From: a bacterium
GTDB taxonomy: Bacteria > J088 > JAWLBW01
DNA length: 64,000 bases
NCBI GenBank assembly: GCA_041690355.1
Contig: JAWLHK010000006.1
Location: 186,001 to 250,000, forward strand
Direction: 5' to 3'
In this document: in pieces, positions 8,328 to 18,047 of the stretch
How positions within the stretch are numbered: position 1 is the stretch's first letter
How the letters are laid out: every line of letters starts with the position of its first letter
Made by a program: the position numbers and the translations under genes
Notes under the pieces: model-generated
What the model was told of the DNA's origin: nothing
The model's database searches: none
What the model saw: only the letters and a program-made list of their open reading frames with translations

Positions 8328-9257
8328 TCAAGGGCGTTCACAGGCGGCCAGGTAGGCCTGCTGATACTTGCCGGGAAGGCGCTTTCCGAGCTGCTCGCCG
8401 ATGTAACGACCGGCGTCGGCCAGGCGATCGATGTCGATGCCGGTCTCGACCCCCATGCCGTGCAGCATGAAGACGAGGTCTTCGGTCGCGGCGTTGCCGG
8501 CGGCGCCCGGGGCGTAGGGGCATCCGCCGAGGCCGCCGACGGCCGCATCGAGAGTCGTGATGCCCATCTGCAGGCCGGCGAGATAGTTCGACAGGGCCGT
8601 GCCGCGCGTGTCGTGGAAGTGCAGGGCGAGCTTCTCGCGAGGGACGCCGGCTTCGAGCAGGCGGGTGAGGACCTCGAACACCTGGCGCGGATTGGCGACG
8701 CCGATCGTGTCGCCCAGCGAGATCTCATCCACGTTCCACGCGAGCATCGTTTCGATGACCCGCAGGACGGCGTCGGGGCTCACCGCCCCTTCGTAGGGGC
8801 AGCCGAAAACCGTCGAGACATAGGCGCGCACCGGCTTGCCGTCGGCCTGCGCCATGCGCACGACGGCTTCGAGCACCGGAAACGTCTCGGCGATCGTCTT
8901 GTTGATGTTCTTCTTGTTGTGCGTCTCGCTGGCCGACATGAAAACGGCCGGCATGTCGAGCGGCGTCGACCGGAAGCGTTCGTATCCCTGCGCGTTGGGT
9001 ACGAGGGCAGCGTAGCGCACTCCTTCGTGACGGGGCAGCTGCTGCGCCAGCTCTGTGGCGTCGGCCAGGGCTGGAATCCAGCGGGGGTTCACGAACGAGG
9101 TGACCTCGATCGTGCGCATGCCCGAGGCGACGAGGCGGTTGATGAACTCGACTTTCGCCTGGGTCGGCACGATGACCGATTCGTTCTGCAGACCGTCGCG
9201 CGGCCCCACCTCGACGAGGGTGACCTGCCTGGGAATGTCCTGAAAGAGCGTACTCAA
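8328..9257 (-). CDS. Hydroxymethylglutaryl-CoA lyase
   Basis: EVGPRDGLQNE, LGDTIG, HFHDTRG, GLGGCPYAPGAAGN; probable TTG start with GGAG SD. Confidence 0.95.
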   Translation of the reverse strand: MSTLFQDIPRQVTLVEVGPRDGLQNESVIVPTQAKVEFINRLVASGMRTIEVTSFVNPRWIPALADATELAQQLPRHEGVRYAALVPNAQGYERFRSTPLDMPAVFMSASETHNKKNINKTIAETFPVLEAVVRMAQADGKPVRAYVSTVFGCPYEGAVSPDAVLRVIETMLAWNVDEISLGDTIGVANPRQVFEVLTRLLEAGVPREKLALHFHDTRGTALSNYLAGLQMGITTLDAAVGGLGGCPYAPGAAGNAATEDLVFMLHGMGVETGIDIDRLADAGRYIGEQLGKRLPGKYQQAYLAACERP

Positions 9258-9376
9258 GAATGGCTCCGCCCGTGGGCAAACGACTATTGTAACGGAGGCG
9301 CCGGCGACGCGCCAAGCGGCCGCGCGCCCAGCGATGGGCCCGGTCACGTTGCGCCGGGCACGCCGGGGCCTTCAGG

Positions 9377-9405
9377 TTGACACCGGAAGGGCTCTCCGCT
9401 AAGGT
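9377..9405 (+). promoter_or_regulatory. sigma70-type promoter of the lipid kinase gene
   Basis: TTGACA-17 nt-TAAGGT. Confidence 0.7.
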
Positions 9406-9505
9406 AATCCTTCTGTTACACACTTGATTCCACGATACCGACCGGGCTCCCGTGCCGGGCGCTTTCTTCGGTGCACACCCTCCCGATAGCAGCCAGGATC
9501 TCTCC

Positions 9506-10429
9506 GTGAAAGTCTGTGTGGTTGTCAACCAGAACGCCCGACGCAACAAAGCGCGCCCCGAGCTGCCTGAGAAACTCGCGCGCATTTTCGGATCGGAAGC
9601 GACCGTCCGGGTCACCCCCTCTATCGAGAGCATCCAGGAGATCGCCCGCGAAGCAAAGACCGCGGAGACAGAAACCCTGGCCATCTGCGGCGGCGACGGC
9701 ACGCTGCACCACACGCTGACCGCGTTTCACCATGTCTATGGTAAGCAGCCGATGCCGCGTATCCTCACGTTGAGCGGCGGCACCATGAACATGATCTGCC
9801 GCTCGGTGAAGGTCCAGGGGCCGAGCGAGGGTATCGCCAACCGCTTTCGCGCCGCCATGGAGCGGGGCAAGGCGGCGACGGTCGAACGGGCAACGGTTTC
9901 AGCCGGCGGCAAACTCTGCTTCATCTTCGGGCTGGGCCTGGTCACGAATTTTCTCGACGCCTATTACGAGGGGGGCAACACGAGCCCCTTGAAAGCGGCC
10001 GTCATCGTACAGAAGACCATCCGTTCGGCGCTCAAGCAGGGCGAGTTCGCGAAGCGCCTCTTCGCCCCGTGGGACGGCGAGATCGTCATCAACGGCGAGA
10101 CCCTCCCGGCCACGTACTTCACGGCCGTACTGGCGCAGACCATCGAGAACCTCGCCTTTTCGTTCAACCCGATGTACCGCGCGCTCGAACGCAACGACCG
10201 GTTCCACGTCATCGCCACGCAGATGGGGCCCGTCAAGCTGGTGAACCACCTGCCGAAGATCTGGGTCGGCAAGCCGGTGAATCACCCCGAACTCTTCGAC
10301 CGTCTGGCCGAAGAGATGGTGCTCAAGCCCTCGGGGAGGCTGCTGTACACCATGGACGGCGACCTTTACTCCACCGAGTCGTCCCTGAAAGTCACCGTAG
10401 GCCCCACGTTGACCTTCTGGCAGGTCTGA
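9506..10429 (+). CDS. Diacylglycerol kinase family lipid kinase
   Basis: VVVNQNA, CGGDGTL, GGTMN, YTMDGDL motifs; GTG start. Confidence 0.88.
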   Translation: MKVCVVVNQNARRNKARPELPEKLARIFGSEATVRVTPSIESIQEIAREAKTAETETLAICGGDGTLHHTLTAFHHVYGKQPMPRILTLSGGTMNMICRSVKVQGPSEGIANRFRAAMERGKAATVERATVSAGGKLCFIFGLGLVTNFLDAYYEGGNTSPLKAAVIVQKTIRSALKQGEFAKRLFAPWDGEIVINGETLPATYFTAVLAQTIENLAFSFNPMYRALERNDRFHVIATQMGPVKLVNHLPKIWVGKPVNHPELFDRLAEEMVLKPSGRLLYTMDGDLYSTESSLKVTVGPTLTFWQV

Positions 10430-10494
10430 GCGCCGCGCACCCCCAATTCCGCCCGGAGGCGGCCCCCCGGAGCGCGCCCGGAGTCCGGTAGAAA

Positions 10495-10524
10495 AGAAAA
10501 GCCCCGCATCAGCGGGGCTTTTCT
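10495..10524. terminator. Bidirectional intrinsic terminator
   Basis: AGAAAA-GCCCCGC-atca-GCGGGGC-TTTTCT between convergent genes. Confidence 0.88.
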
Positions 10525-10544
10525 GCTTGTATGCACATGCAGAC

Positions 10545-13178
10545 TTATTCGGCGCTCTCGGGCGTCTCGGCGGCCGGCATGGGGGCCGCGGGAGGTTCGG
10601 CCGGGGCCTGGGTCTCTGCCGGGGCCGGCAGTTCGTGCGCCGGCGCGGCCTTCTTTTCGCCCCCGGTTTCGGCGGCCGTCGCCTTGATGGCGGCGGCGGC
10701 ATCGCGGGCGATGCGCAGATGCAGGTGGTAGCCGGTCAGCGCCGCCGCCAGACGCTGGTTCGTCGCGTTGCGGCCGAAGGCCTTCCCCGATTCCTTGCGG
10801 GGAACGCGCACCTGAGCCATGCGCTTTTCTTCGTTGACCGCCACCATCTCTCCCTTGAGCCGGGCGGGGAGCAACGCGGTCGCGATGCGCTGCTCGGTCT
10901 TTTCGGCGGCGGGAACGATGTCGACCCGTTCGCCGAGGGCGTCCTGCAGTTTGCGCGCAATGGGAAACAGGTCGCGGCCGGGCGGCACGAGGATCTTGGT
11001 GCGGTGTCCCGGTTCGCGCACGATTTTCTGCATGAGGGGGAGCTTGATGCGGAAGTGCTCTGCGGCGCGCTCGATGAGGCGCTGCGTGAGCGAAAGCGCC
11101 ACCTCGTTGACCACGTCGAGCAGGGCGCTCCCTTCCTTCGAAAGTGCGAACAGGGCGTCCTGCAGCAGGGCCGTATCGGCGAGCCGGCTTTCGAACGGCT
11201 TGACGATGCCTTCGCGAATCGCCTGCTCTGCGCGCTCGCTCAGGGCCGCCTCGAAACGGTCGAGATGCTCGCCGAGCGCCTTCGCGACCGCTTCGCGATC
11301 GGGGGGCAGCGCCTCGAGATCGGGGGCGGCGACCGCTGCGGGGGCGAACGCGTGCGTCCACTCGCGCGGATCGGTCTCGGCGCTGAGCGCCTTGCGGAAC
11401 TTCGCGGTCGCTTCGCGGAACTCCTGGGGCACCGCGCTCATCAGCACCGGCTGGGGCAGGGGGCCTTCGCCGGGCTGGCGGCGCGTTTCGAGCTGGCGGG
11501 CCATCTCGGCCGCTTTCTCGCGCAGGGTGGCTTCGACAGCGCCGCGCACTTCCTCGAAGTAGGCGGCGGAATCAAAACCCTCGAACCGCTTCTTCCACGC
11601 CTCGGCGGCGTCGCTGTCGAGCGCGTGCTTGTTGGCCCAGGCTTCAACCTGGTTCCGATGCGCCGCCAGGGTCTTCTTCGCGAGCTCGCGCGCCGTACTG
11701 CGCGCCGACTTCGCCCAACGGGGGAAGTCGTTCTTCAGTTCGTCCTGACGCAGCTGCCAGCCGCGCGCTTCCTGCAACGACTGCAGATTCACGGTCAAGC
11801 CGAAATCGCGCAGCGGGAGAATACCCTCGACCATCGAATCGAGAAAACCCTGAACGCGCAGCATGCGGGCCCGCGACTGCAGGCGCAGGGCGAGCTGCTG
11901 CTCGACCTCGCGAAACCGGCTGATGTCACGCAGTCGGGCCGATCTCCCTTTGTGTTCCGGCCGCAGCGAGAGCGAAAAGGCAAGCAGATGCACATGGGGG
12001 CGCTGTTCTTCTTCTGCAAGGTCGCGCCGCCCGAAGAACTCGTCGGGATTGGTAAGGAACTTCTCAAAGGCGAATCCGTCGTGCAGATTCACGCGCACAT
12101 TCTCAATGGTGAGAATCGGACGGCCGATGTGCGTGGCCTCGCCTTCGCCCGAACGGACCTCGATGATGCCGTCGGTGGGCTCTGCGGCGGGCATCTCGAC
12201 GAAACGGATCCCGCGCCAGACGGTCGACCCGCGCCCCTGCTCGTCGAAGGCCGGCTCCTGACCGGCATCGCGGGCGAGGGCGTCGATGAGGGTCGTCTTG
12301 CCGGCGCCTTCGGCGCCCGCGACGCCAATCGTGAGCGGGGCTTCGCCGTCGGTCATGCGGGCGAGCGGGGCGTGGGCGAACTCCAGAAGCGCGCGGGCCT
12401 GGCCGAGCGTCGCTTCGGCAAGCGCCGGCGACATGCCCGGAACGGCCTGTACGGCGTTGCCGAACCGCTCGACCTCGTGCACGAGGGCCTGCAGCAGCGA
12501 CTGTGCAAACGTTGCTTCTTCGTGTCCGGTCTTCTCGGTGGCCGAGACGACCGCTTCAATGCGGGGCGCGGGGCGGGAGGCGGGGCGTCCGCGATCCTGC
12601 CCGCGTGCGCCCGGACCGGGACGGCCGCCGCCGCGGCGATCTGTGGGGCCGCGACGTCCTTCACCGTCGGGCCGGCCGCCGTACGGACGCCCTTCGGGTC
12701 GGCCTTCGCGGCGCCCTTCGGAGCGACCTTCACGACGCCCCTGACCTTCGGGCCGGCCCTCGCGGCGCTCGCCGCGGGGCGGGCGGTCATGGCGATCTCT
12801 GCGTTCACGCTCGGGGCGCGCATCGGCATAGCGCGGGTTTTCGGCGGGGGCTTCACGGCGGGCCGGGGGCGGCACGTTTTCGGGGCCCGGCGGCAATTTG
12901 CTCCGCTGCTCTTCGGAGAGGAACCTGGACAGCGCGCCGAACGCGGAGTGGCGCACCGGTCCCGGCTCCTTCTTCCGTTCGGGGCGTGGCGCGGCTTTCG
13001 GGGCGCGCTCCGGCTCGGGAGCAGCCTCCTGCGCCCGCGGAGCTTCTTCAGCCTGCGCATCCGCGCGGGCGGCAGTCTCCGGCGCGGATGCGGCGGCGGC
13101 TTCGGCGGGGGCTTCGGCGGGGGCCTGCGGCTCTGCCGGTTCGGTGGATTCAGGGGCTGAGTTCTCGTTGTCGGCCAT
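10545..13178 (-). CDS. 877-aa protein: disordered Ala/Pro- and Arg/Gly-rich N-terminus, degenerate P-loop GTPase-like domain, helical region, C-terminal NusA-like KH domains
   Basis: GAEGAGKTT Walker A; IVREPGHRTKILV, LGERVDIV and AFGRNATNQRLAAALTGYHL resemble NusA KH1-KH2; GGAG SD. Confidence 0.8.
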   Translation of the reverse strand: MADNENSAPESTEPAEPQAPAEAPAEAAAASAPETAARADAQAEEAPRAQEAAPEPERAPKAAPRPERKKEPGPVRHSAFGALSRFLSEEQRSKLPPGPENVPPPARREAPAENPRYADARPERERRDRHDRPPRGERREGRPEGQGRREGRSEGRREGRPEGRPYGGRPDGEGRRGPTDRRGGGRPGPGARGQDRGRPASRPAPRIEAVVSATEKTGHEEATFAQSLLQALVHEVERFGNAVQAVPGMSPALAEATLGQARALLEFAHAPLARMTDGEAPLTIGVAGAEGAGKTTLIDALARDAGQEPAFDEQGRGSTVWRGIRFVEMPAAEPTDGIIEVRSGEGEATHIGRPILTIENVRVNLHDGFAFEKFLTNPDEFFGRRDLAEEEQRPHVHLLAFSLSLRPEHKGRSARLRDISRFREVEQQLALRLQSRARMLRVQGFLDSMVEGILPLRDFGLTVNLQSLQEARGWQLRQDELKNDFPRWAKSARSTARELAKKTLAAHRNQVEAWANKHALDSDAAEAWKKRFEGFDSAAYFEEVRGAVEATLREKAAEMARQLETRRQPGEGPLPQPVLMSAVPQEFREATAKFRKALSAETDPREWTHAFAPAAVAAPDLEALPPDREAVAKALGEHLDRFEAALSERAEQAIREGIVKPFESRLADTALLQDALFALSKEGSALLDVVNEVALSLTQRLIERAAEHFRIKLPLMQKIVREPGHRTKILVPPGRDLFPIARKLQDALGERVDIVPAAEKTEQRIATALLPARLKGEMVAVNEEKRMAQVRVPRKESGKAFGRNATNQRLAAALTGYHLHLRIARDAAAAIKATAAETGGEKKAAPAHELPAPAETQAPAEPPAAPMPAAETPESAE

Positions 13179-13211
13179 GGTTACTCCCAACAAAGCGCGC
13201 GATAACAGATT

Positions 13212-13301
13212 AGCTTAACAAGCTTCTGCCTCCCGATTCAACAGGACGGGGATCGAAATCACCGCATCCGGTTTGCTGCCCGTACGCCTTTTTGTTAGGC
13301 T
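13212..13301. promoter_or_regulatory. Back-to-back sigma70-type promoters
   Basis: Minus strand TTGAAT-18-TAAGCT (13241..13212); plus strand TTGCTG-17-TAGGCT (13273..13301). Confidence 0.55.
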
Positions 13302-13343
13302 AAAGTGCTAATTTTGGTGCAATTTTTCACTCGGAGCCCTGAC

Positions 13344-15491
13344 ATGGCAAGAGCGTCTCTTGGTATCCTCCTTGTGCTTTTCACCCTGGCCGCGGGCTGT
13401 ACCCGGCTCGAGGATGCTGCGGCTCTCGTGAAAGAAGCCGATGACGCGCTGACCGGCGGCGGCATCGAGGACGCGAAAGTACGCGAGCTTGCGGCGCAGA
13501 AATATGATCGCGCGATTCGCATCGTCTGCGGCGACACGGACTATTACTGCGTGAAGGGCAAGGATGCCGCCGTTGCGGGAGATGACGCGCATACGCTGTC
13601 GCATGCGCACTTCGGCCTGGCGTTCGCGCGCTCCTTCGATCTGATCGACCGTATCCGCCAGCTCTATGTCAGCGACACGCTCTTTCAGACCGAGATCCTC
13701 GCCGCCGGCGACGAGGCGGATGCAGACGATGGGGAGGCCCCGCAGACGACGACCGCCGATCGCTGCGAGCAGCAGCAGAACCTGCAGCAGCTCGTGCCGC
13801 TGCTGCGCACCATCGTGCGCACGAGTCTGCTGCCGATCATCGATTCGCTCAAGACGGTCACCCGGTTCAAGAATTTCTCGATCAGCTACGAGAAGGCGTT
13901 CCTCAACCTGAGCTTTCTCGACCCGTCGCTCGACAAGGCCGAGCAGGCCGACCTGACCCGGCGCGACATCGGGTTCTATTTCGGAGCCTCGGAGGAGGAC
14001 CCGGCCATCGGGGCCGGACTTATCGGGCTTCCCGAAGTGCACCTGATTCTCGGCGTGTTTCGCGTGCTGACGCTCGGCGCCGAAACCGTCTTCGCATACA
14101 ACGACCTCACGCAGGCCCTCATCGTCTTCGGCGGCAAGTTCGTACTTTCCGATCAGGCGAGCCCGTATGTCTGGGCGCGCGCCTTGAACTCCGACGAGTG
14201 CACCGACAACCCGCTTTTCGACCCGTCTTTCGGCGTGCTGTCGTCTACGGGGCGCGACAACTTTTCGCGGGTCAAGGAGCAGCTCGACCTGCTGCTCAGC
14301 GAGCAGGCCGAGGCCATGGCGCTGCTGGCCGCCCGCGGCGAGCCCGAAGCTTCGGCCGGCCTGCTGAACTATCGCGCCGGAGGTTCTGCCTGGGCCGACA
14401 ACCTTTTCCGCCGTATCATGACGGCCGATACGGCGGCGAGCTCGCTGTCGCGCGTCATGGGCGTCGTCAGTACGCTGGTCACGCCCGAGGATGTCGCCGA
14501 GCTGTTTACCGGCCTGGATGCGAGCCTGGGGGCGGGCACGCCTTTCGACGTCGCCACCTACCTTGACAGCAAGGCCGACCTCGCCCAGGAGCTGCGCTTC
14601 GTCGGCATCGAGCCGCTCGCGTTCGGGCTTCCGGCGGTCAACCTGTACCAGTTCTTCAACAATCCAATCGCCGACCTGAAGGGGGTTGCGCCGCTCACCT
14701 ACGCCGAATCGGAGCCCACCAGCCTCGATCAGAAGCCCGGCTACGAGAACGTGCTTTCGCAGGAGCGGCCGGCGGGAATCGAAAAGAAGTCGTTCTTCTG
14801 GCGCGACGTGAACGGCGACCGCCGACTGAACGTCCGCGGCGACTTCATCATCCAGCCCGAACGAGAAGCCTTCTACGATTCGGCAAACAACAATACGCCC
14901 TCGGGCACCGCCTCGAACCTCGGCATTCTCGGTACCTTCTGGGACGCCGACGCGAACGGCATCCCCGATGAGGTCGAAGGATATGCGCTCGGCGTGACGC
15001 CGGGTGTGAGCCGCGGCGCTTCGCCGTACGCAGTCACGGCGGCGGTCTTCGAGGTCGCCGGCGACGTCGTCGTCGAGCTGTTCGCGAATGCCGGCACGAC
15101 GGCGCCCGAAGCGGCGACCTATCGCAACCATTTCGTGCGGGACAATGCCGCCTCGACCGGCTGCCTCGTGAAGCCGGTGCTGAACGTCTTCAACAAGTAC
15201 GATTGCGATGTGCGCGTCGGCGACGTGCTCGGCCACGTGTGGCCCAACGTCTACCCCGAAGCCTACGCCGCTCCAGGGGTCAACGACACCCGCCGCCGCG
15301 ATCCGGCCAACGGCGCCGAAGATCGAATTTACTTCTTCTTCCCGAATCCGAGCTTCAACGGCGTGCTGCTGAAGGCACGGGGGGCGGGCTACGATTCGTT
15401 TGCCAATGAAGATCTGAATCGCTTTCTCAACAACGTGCTTGGACTCTCGGGCCCCGTCAACGACCTGATCATCACGGGGTCGAACCAGTAA
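13344..15491 (+). CDS. Hypothetical large lipoprotein (715 aa), first gene of the trpFBA transcription unit
   Basis: MARASLGILLVLFTLAAG-C lipobox; DxNxD/DxDxNG loops; TAA overlaps the trpF ATG (TAATG). Confidence 0.8.
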   Translation: MARASLGILLVLFTLAAGCTRLEDAAALVKEADDALTGGGIEDAKVRELAAQKYDRAIRIVCGDTDYYCVKGKDAAVAGDDAHTLSHAHFGLAFARSFDLIDRIRQLYVSDTLFQTEILAAGDEADADDGEAPQTTTADRCEQQQNLQQLVPLLRTIVRTSLLPIIDSLKTVTRFKNFSISYEKAFLNLSFLDPSLDKAEQADLTRRDIGFYFGASEEDPAIGAGLIGLPEVHLILGVFRVLTLGAETVFAYNDLTQALIVFGGKFVLSDQASPYVWARALNSDECTDNPLFDPSFGVLSSTGRDNFSRVKEQLDLLLSEQAEAMALLAARGEPEASAGLLNYRAGGSAWADNLFRRIMTADTAASSLSRVMGVVSTLVTPEDVAELFTGLDASLGAGTPFDVATYLDSKADLAQELRFVGIEPLAFGLPAVNLYQFFNNPIADLKGVAPLTYAESEPTSLDQKPGYENVLSQERPAGIEKKSFFWRDVNGDRRLNVRGDFIIQPEREAFYDSANNNTPSGTASNLGILGTFWDADANGIPDEVEGYALGVTPGVSRGASPYAVTAAVFEVAGDVVVELFANAGTTAPEAATYRNHFVRDNAASTGCLVKPVLNVFNKYDCDVRVGDVLGHVWPNVYPEAYAAPGVNDTRRRDPANGAEDRIYFFFPNPSFNGVLLKARGAGYDSFANEDLNRFLNNVLGLSGPVNDLIITGSNQ

Positions 15492-16144
15492 TGGATTTGC
15501 AGCACACCAAGGTCCGCATCAAGATCTGCGGCGTTACCAACCTGCTCGACACCCTCGCGGCCATGGGCGCGGGGGCCGACATGATCGGCTTCAACTTCTC
15601 GCCGCGCAGCCCGCGGTGCGTGACGGTTGAGAAGGTATCCGGCATTCTTCGTGAGGCGCCGAAGGGATTTCAGCGCGTCGGGGTCTTTCAGGATGCCGCG
15701 CCCGACGAAGTCCGGCGCGTGGCCGCCGCGCTTCAGCTCCACTTCGTGCAGCTCCACGGCGCCGAGAATCCGACGGATTACCAGGACGTCGGCGTTCCGG
15801 TCATCAAGGCCTATCCCGTGGCGGCGGCCGCCGATCTGGAGGCCGCCGCGGCTTCGGCGGCGCCGTACGTGCTGCTCGACAGCCGCTCGCCGCAGGGCGG
15901 GGGCAGCGGGCAGCGCTTCGATTGGTCGCTGCTCGGCGGGTTCTCGCGCGACTTCTTTCTCGCCGGCGGACTCACGCCCGAAAATGTCGGCGAAGCCATC
16001 CGCACGGCGCGCCCCTTCGGGGTCGACGTCAGCTCGGGTGTCGAGAAGACCCCGGGCAGGAAGGACAAGGCGCTCATGAAGGCCTTTGTCGTTGCGGCCC
16101 GGGCGGCAGAACAAGAGATCTTTTCCGATATCCGAGGACGATGA
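15491..16144 (+). CDS. trpF: Phosphoribosylanthranilate isomerase
   Basis: [44 protein letters not shown]. Confidence 0.97.
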   Translation: MDLQHTKVRIKICGVTNLLDTLAAMGAGADMIGFNFSPRSPRCVTVEKVSGILREAPKGFQRVGVFQDAAPDEVRRVAAALQLHFVQLHGAENPTDYQDVGVPVIKAYPVAAAADLEAAAASAAPYVLLDSRSPQGGGSGQRFDWSLLGGFSRDFFLAGGLTPENVGEAIRTARPFGVDVSSGVEKTPGRKDKALMKAFVVAARAAEQEIFSDIRGR

Positions 16145-17340
16145 TGTATTCGCAGCCCGACGCCGCCGGCCATTTCGGCGAATTCGGCGGCCGGTTCGTG
16201 CCCGAAACCCTTATTCCGGCGCTCGATGAGCTGCGCGGCGTCTACGAAGCCGCGCGCCACGACCCGTCGTTTCAAACCGAACTCGCCTACTATCTGCGCG
16301 ATTATGTCGGACGCGAAACACCGCTGTATCATGCGCAGCGGCTTTCGGAGCACATCGGCGGACCCAGGATTTATCTCAAGCGCGAAGACCTGAACCACAC
16401 CGGCGCGCACAAGATCAACAACACGCTTGGCCAGGTTCTGCTCGCAAGGCGCATGGGAAAGACGCGCATCATCGCCGAAACGGGCGCCGGCCAGCACGGT
16501 GTCGCAACCGCTACGGTGTGCGCCCTCTTCGGCCTCGAATGCGAGATCTACATGGGCGCCGTAGACGTCGAACGGCAGGCCCTCAACGTGTTCCGCATGC
16601 GCCTGCTGGGCGCGAAGGTCAATCCGGTGCAATCGGGCACGCGCACGCTGAAAGACGCCATGAACGAGGCGATTCGCGACTGGGTCACCAACGTGCGCAA
16701 CACCTTCTACATTATCGGCAGCGCGGCCGGTCCGCACCCGTACCCGATGATGGTGCGCGATTTTCAGTCGGTCATCGGCACCGAGGCCCGCAAGCAGATC
16801 CTGCTCGCCGAAGGGCGCCTCCCCGACATGGTGGTCGCCTGCGTCGGCGGCGGTTCGAACAGCCTCGGCATGTTCTACCCGTTTATCGATGACGCGCAGG
16901 TCGAACTGCACGGCGTCGAGGCGGGTGGCCATGGGCTCGACAGCGGCGCGCACGGCGCGACGCTCACGAAGGGAGACCCCGGCGTGCTGCACGGCAGCTA
17001 CAGCCTGCTGCTGCAGACCCCCGACGGCCAGATTCAGGAGGCGCACTCGGTCAGCGCCGGGCTCGACTATCCCGGGGTCGGTCCCGAGCTTGCGCATCTC
17101 AAGCGTTCGGGCCGTGCGCAGTTTCACGCCGTCACCGACGACGAGGCGCTCGAGGGCTTCAAGCTTCTGTCTCGTACCGAGGGTATCATCCCCGCGCTCG
17201 AAAGTGCCCACGCCATCGCCTTCGCCGCACGCTACGGACCGACCCGGCGCCGCGACGAAGTCATGATTATCAATCTGTCAGGCCGCGGCGACAAGGATGT
17301 CACCCAGGCCGCCCGCCTGCTCAAGATGGAGAACGCCTGA
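16141..17340 (+). CDS. trpB: Tryptophan synthase beta chain
   Basis: [55 protein letters not shown]. Confidence 0.98.
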   Translation: MMYSQPDAAGHFGEFGGRFVPETLIPALDELRGVYEAARHDPSFQTELAYYLRDYVGRETPLYHAQRLSEHIGGPRIYLKREDLNHTGAHKINNTLGQVLLARRMGKTRIIAETGAGQHGVATATVCALFGLECEIYMGAVDVERQALNVFRMRLLGAKVNPVQSGTRTLKDAMNEAIRDWVTNVRNTFYIIGSAAGPHPYPMMVRDFQSVIGTEARKQILLAEGRLPDMVVACVGGGSNSLGMFYPFIDDAQVELHGVEAGGHGLDSGAHGATLTKGDPGVLHGSYSLLLQTPDGQIQEAHSVSAGLDYPGVGPELAHLKRSGRAQFHAVTDDEALEGFKLLSRTEGIIPALESAHAIAFAARYGPTRRRDEVMIINLSGRGDKDVTQAARLLKMENA

Positions 17341-18047
17341 TGTATCGCCTGATTTCTGCATTCGCCGCCGTACTGAGCGTGACGTCGGTGGCGTCGGCCG
17401 CCCCGTACCAGACCGACAAGGAGCTGAATCCCGACATCCGGTTCTGGTGCACCGAGGGGGGGCGCATCGCCGTCGACCGGGGCAAGGCGCCCAAGACGGA
17501 AGCGCGCGTCATCGACATCAAGGCCGACAAGCAGCGCATGGCCCGTCTGAGCGGCGGCGAGATGATCATCTCGCGGCCGGCCGGCCTGTTCGACGAGCTG
17601 CTCGTGCAGGAGCAGGGGGGCAAGTACCGGCGCATCATGCGCACCCAGGGTGAGATAGTCGCACTCCTGGAGTCGCCGGTCTCGCGGCAGCTTGCGGCCG
17701 TGCTGCAGGTCGAGACAGACCCCAAAGTGAACCGCCCTGCGGTTGCCGACCTCTATGTCATCGATGTCGCGACGTGGGAGGGCCGTAAGGTCGCCGAGCG
17801 CGTCGGTTACCGGACGATGGCGTGGGATGCTGCGGGCAAGCGGCTCGCCGTCAGCGACTTCGCCCGGCTGCGCGTGCTCGACGTTTCGGCCGAGGGTAAG
17901 GAAGTCGAGTTCTGCGGCGTCGACAGCGGAACCACGAATGATATGCGCGAGTGGCTGACCGACGTGTCCTGGATCGGCGACGGCACGCTCCATTTCGTCT
18001 ATACTTATCCCGTGAAGAACGTTCCTTTCAAGGTGACTTTGCCGTGA
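17340..18047 (+). CDS. Hypothetical secreted protein (235 aa) between trpB and trpA
   Basis: Signal peptide [25 protein letters not shown] overlap with trpB and GTGA overlap with trpA; propeller-like AWDAAGKRLAV / VSWIGDG segments. Confidence 0.78.
   Translation: MYRLISAFAAVLSVTSVASAAPYQTDKELNPDIRFWCTEGGRIAVDRGKAPKTEARVIDIKADKQRMARLSGGEMIISRPAGLFDELLVQEQGGKYRRIMRTQGEIVALLESPVSRQLAAVLQVETDPKVNRPAVADLYVIDVATWEGRKVAERVGYRTMAWDAAGKRLAVSDFARLRVLDVSAEGKEVEFCGVDSGTTNDMREWLTDVSWIGDGTLHFVYTYPVKNVPFKVTLP

Noticed and set aside
7164-9380. 738-aa plus-strand ORF
   Set aside because: Antisense shadow of the carboxylase and HMG-CoA lyase genes; typical of high-GC codon bias
10710-11033. Calling the gene nusA
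   Set aside because: No NusA N-terminal or S1 domain, altered GxxG loops and no rimP/infB context; only the KH region is similar
10527-13160. 877-aa plus-strand ORF
   Set aside because: Antisense to the GTPase-KH gene; no motifs
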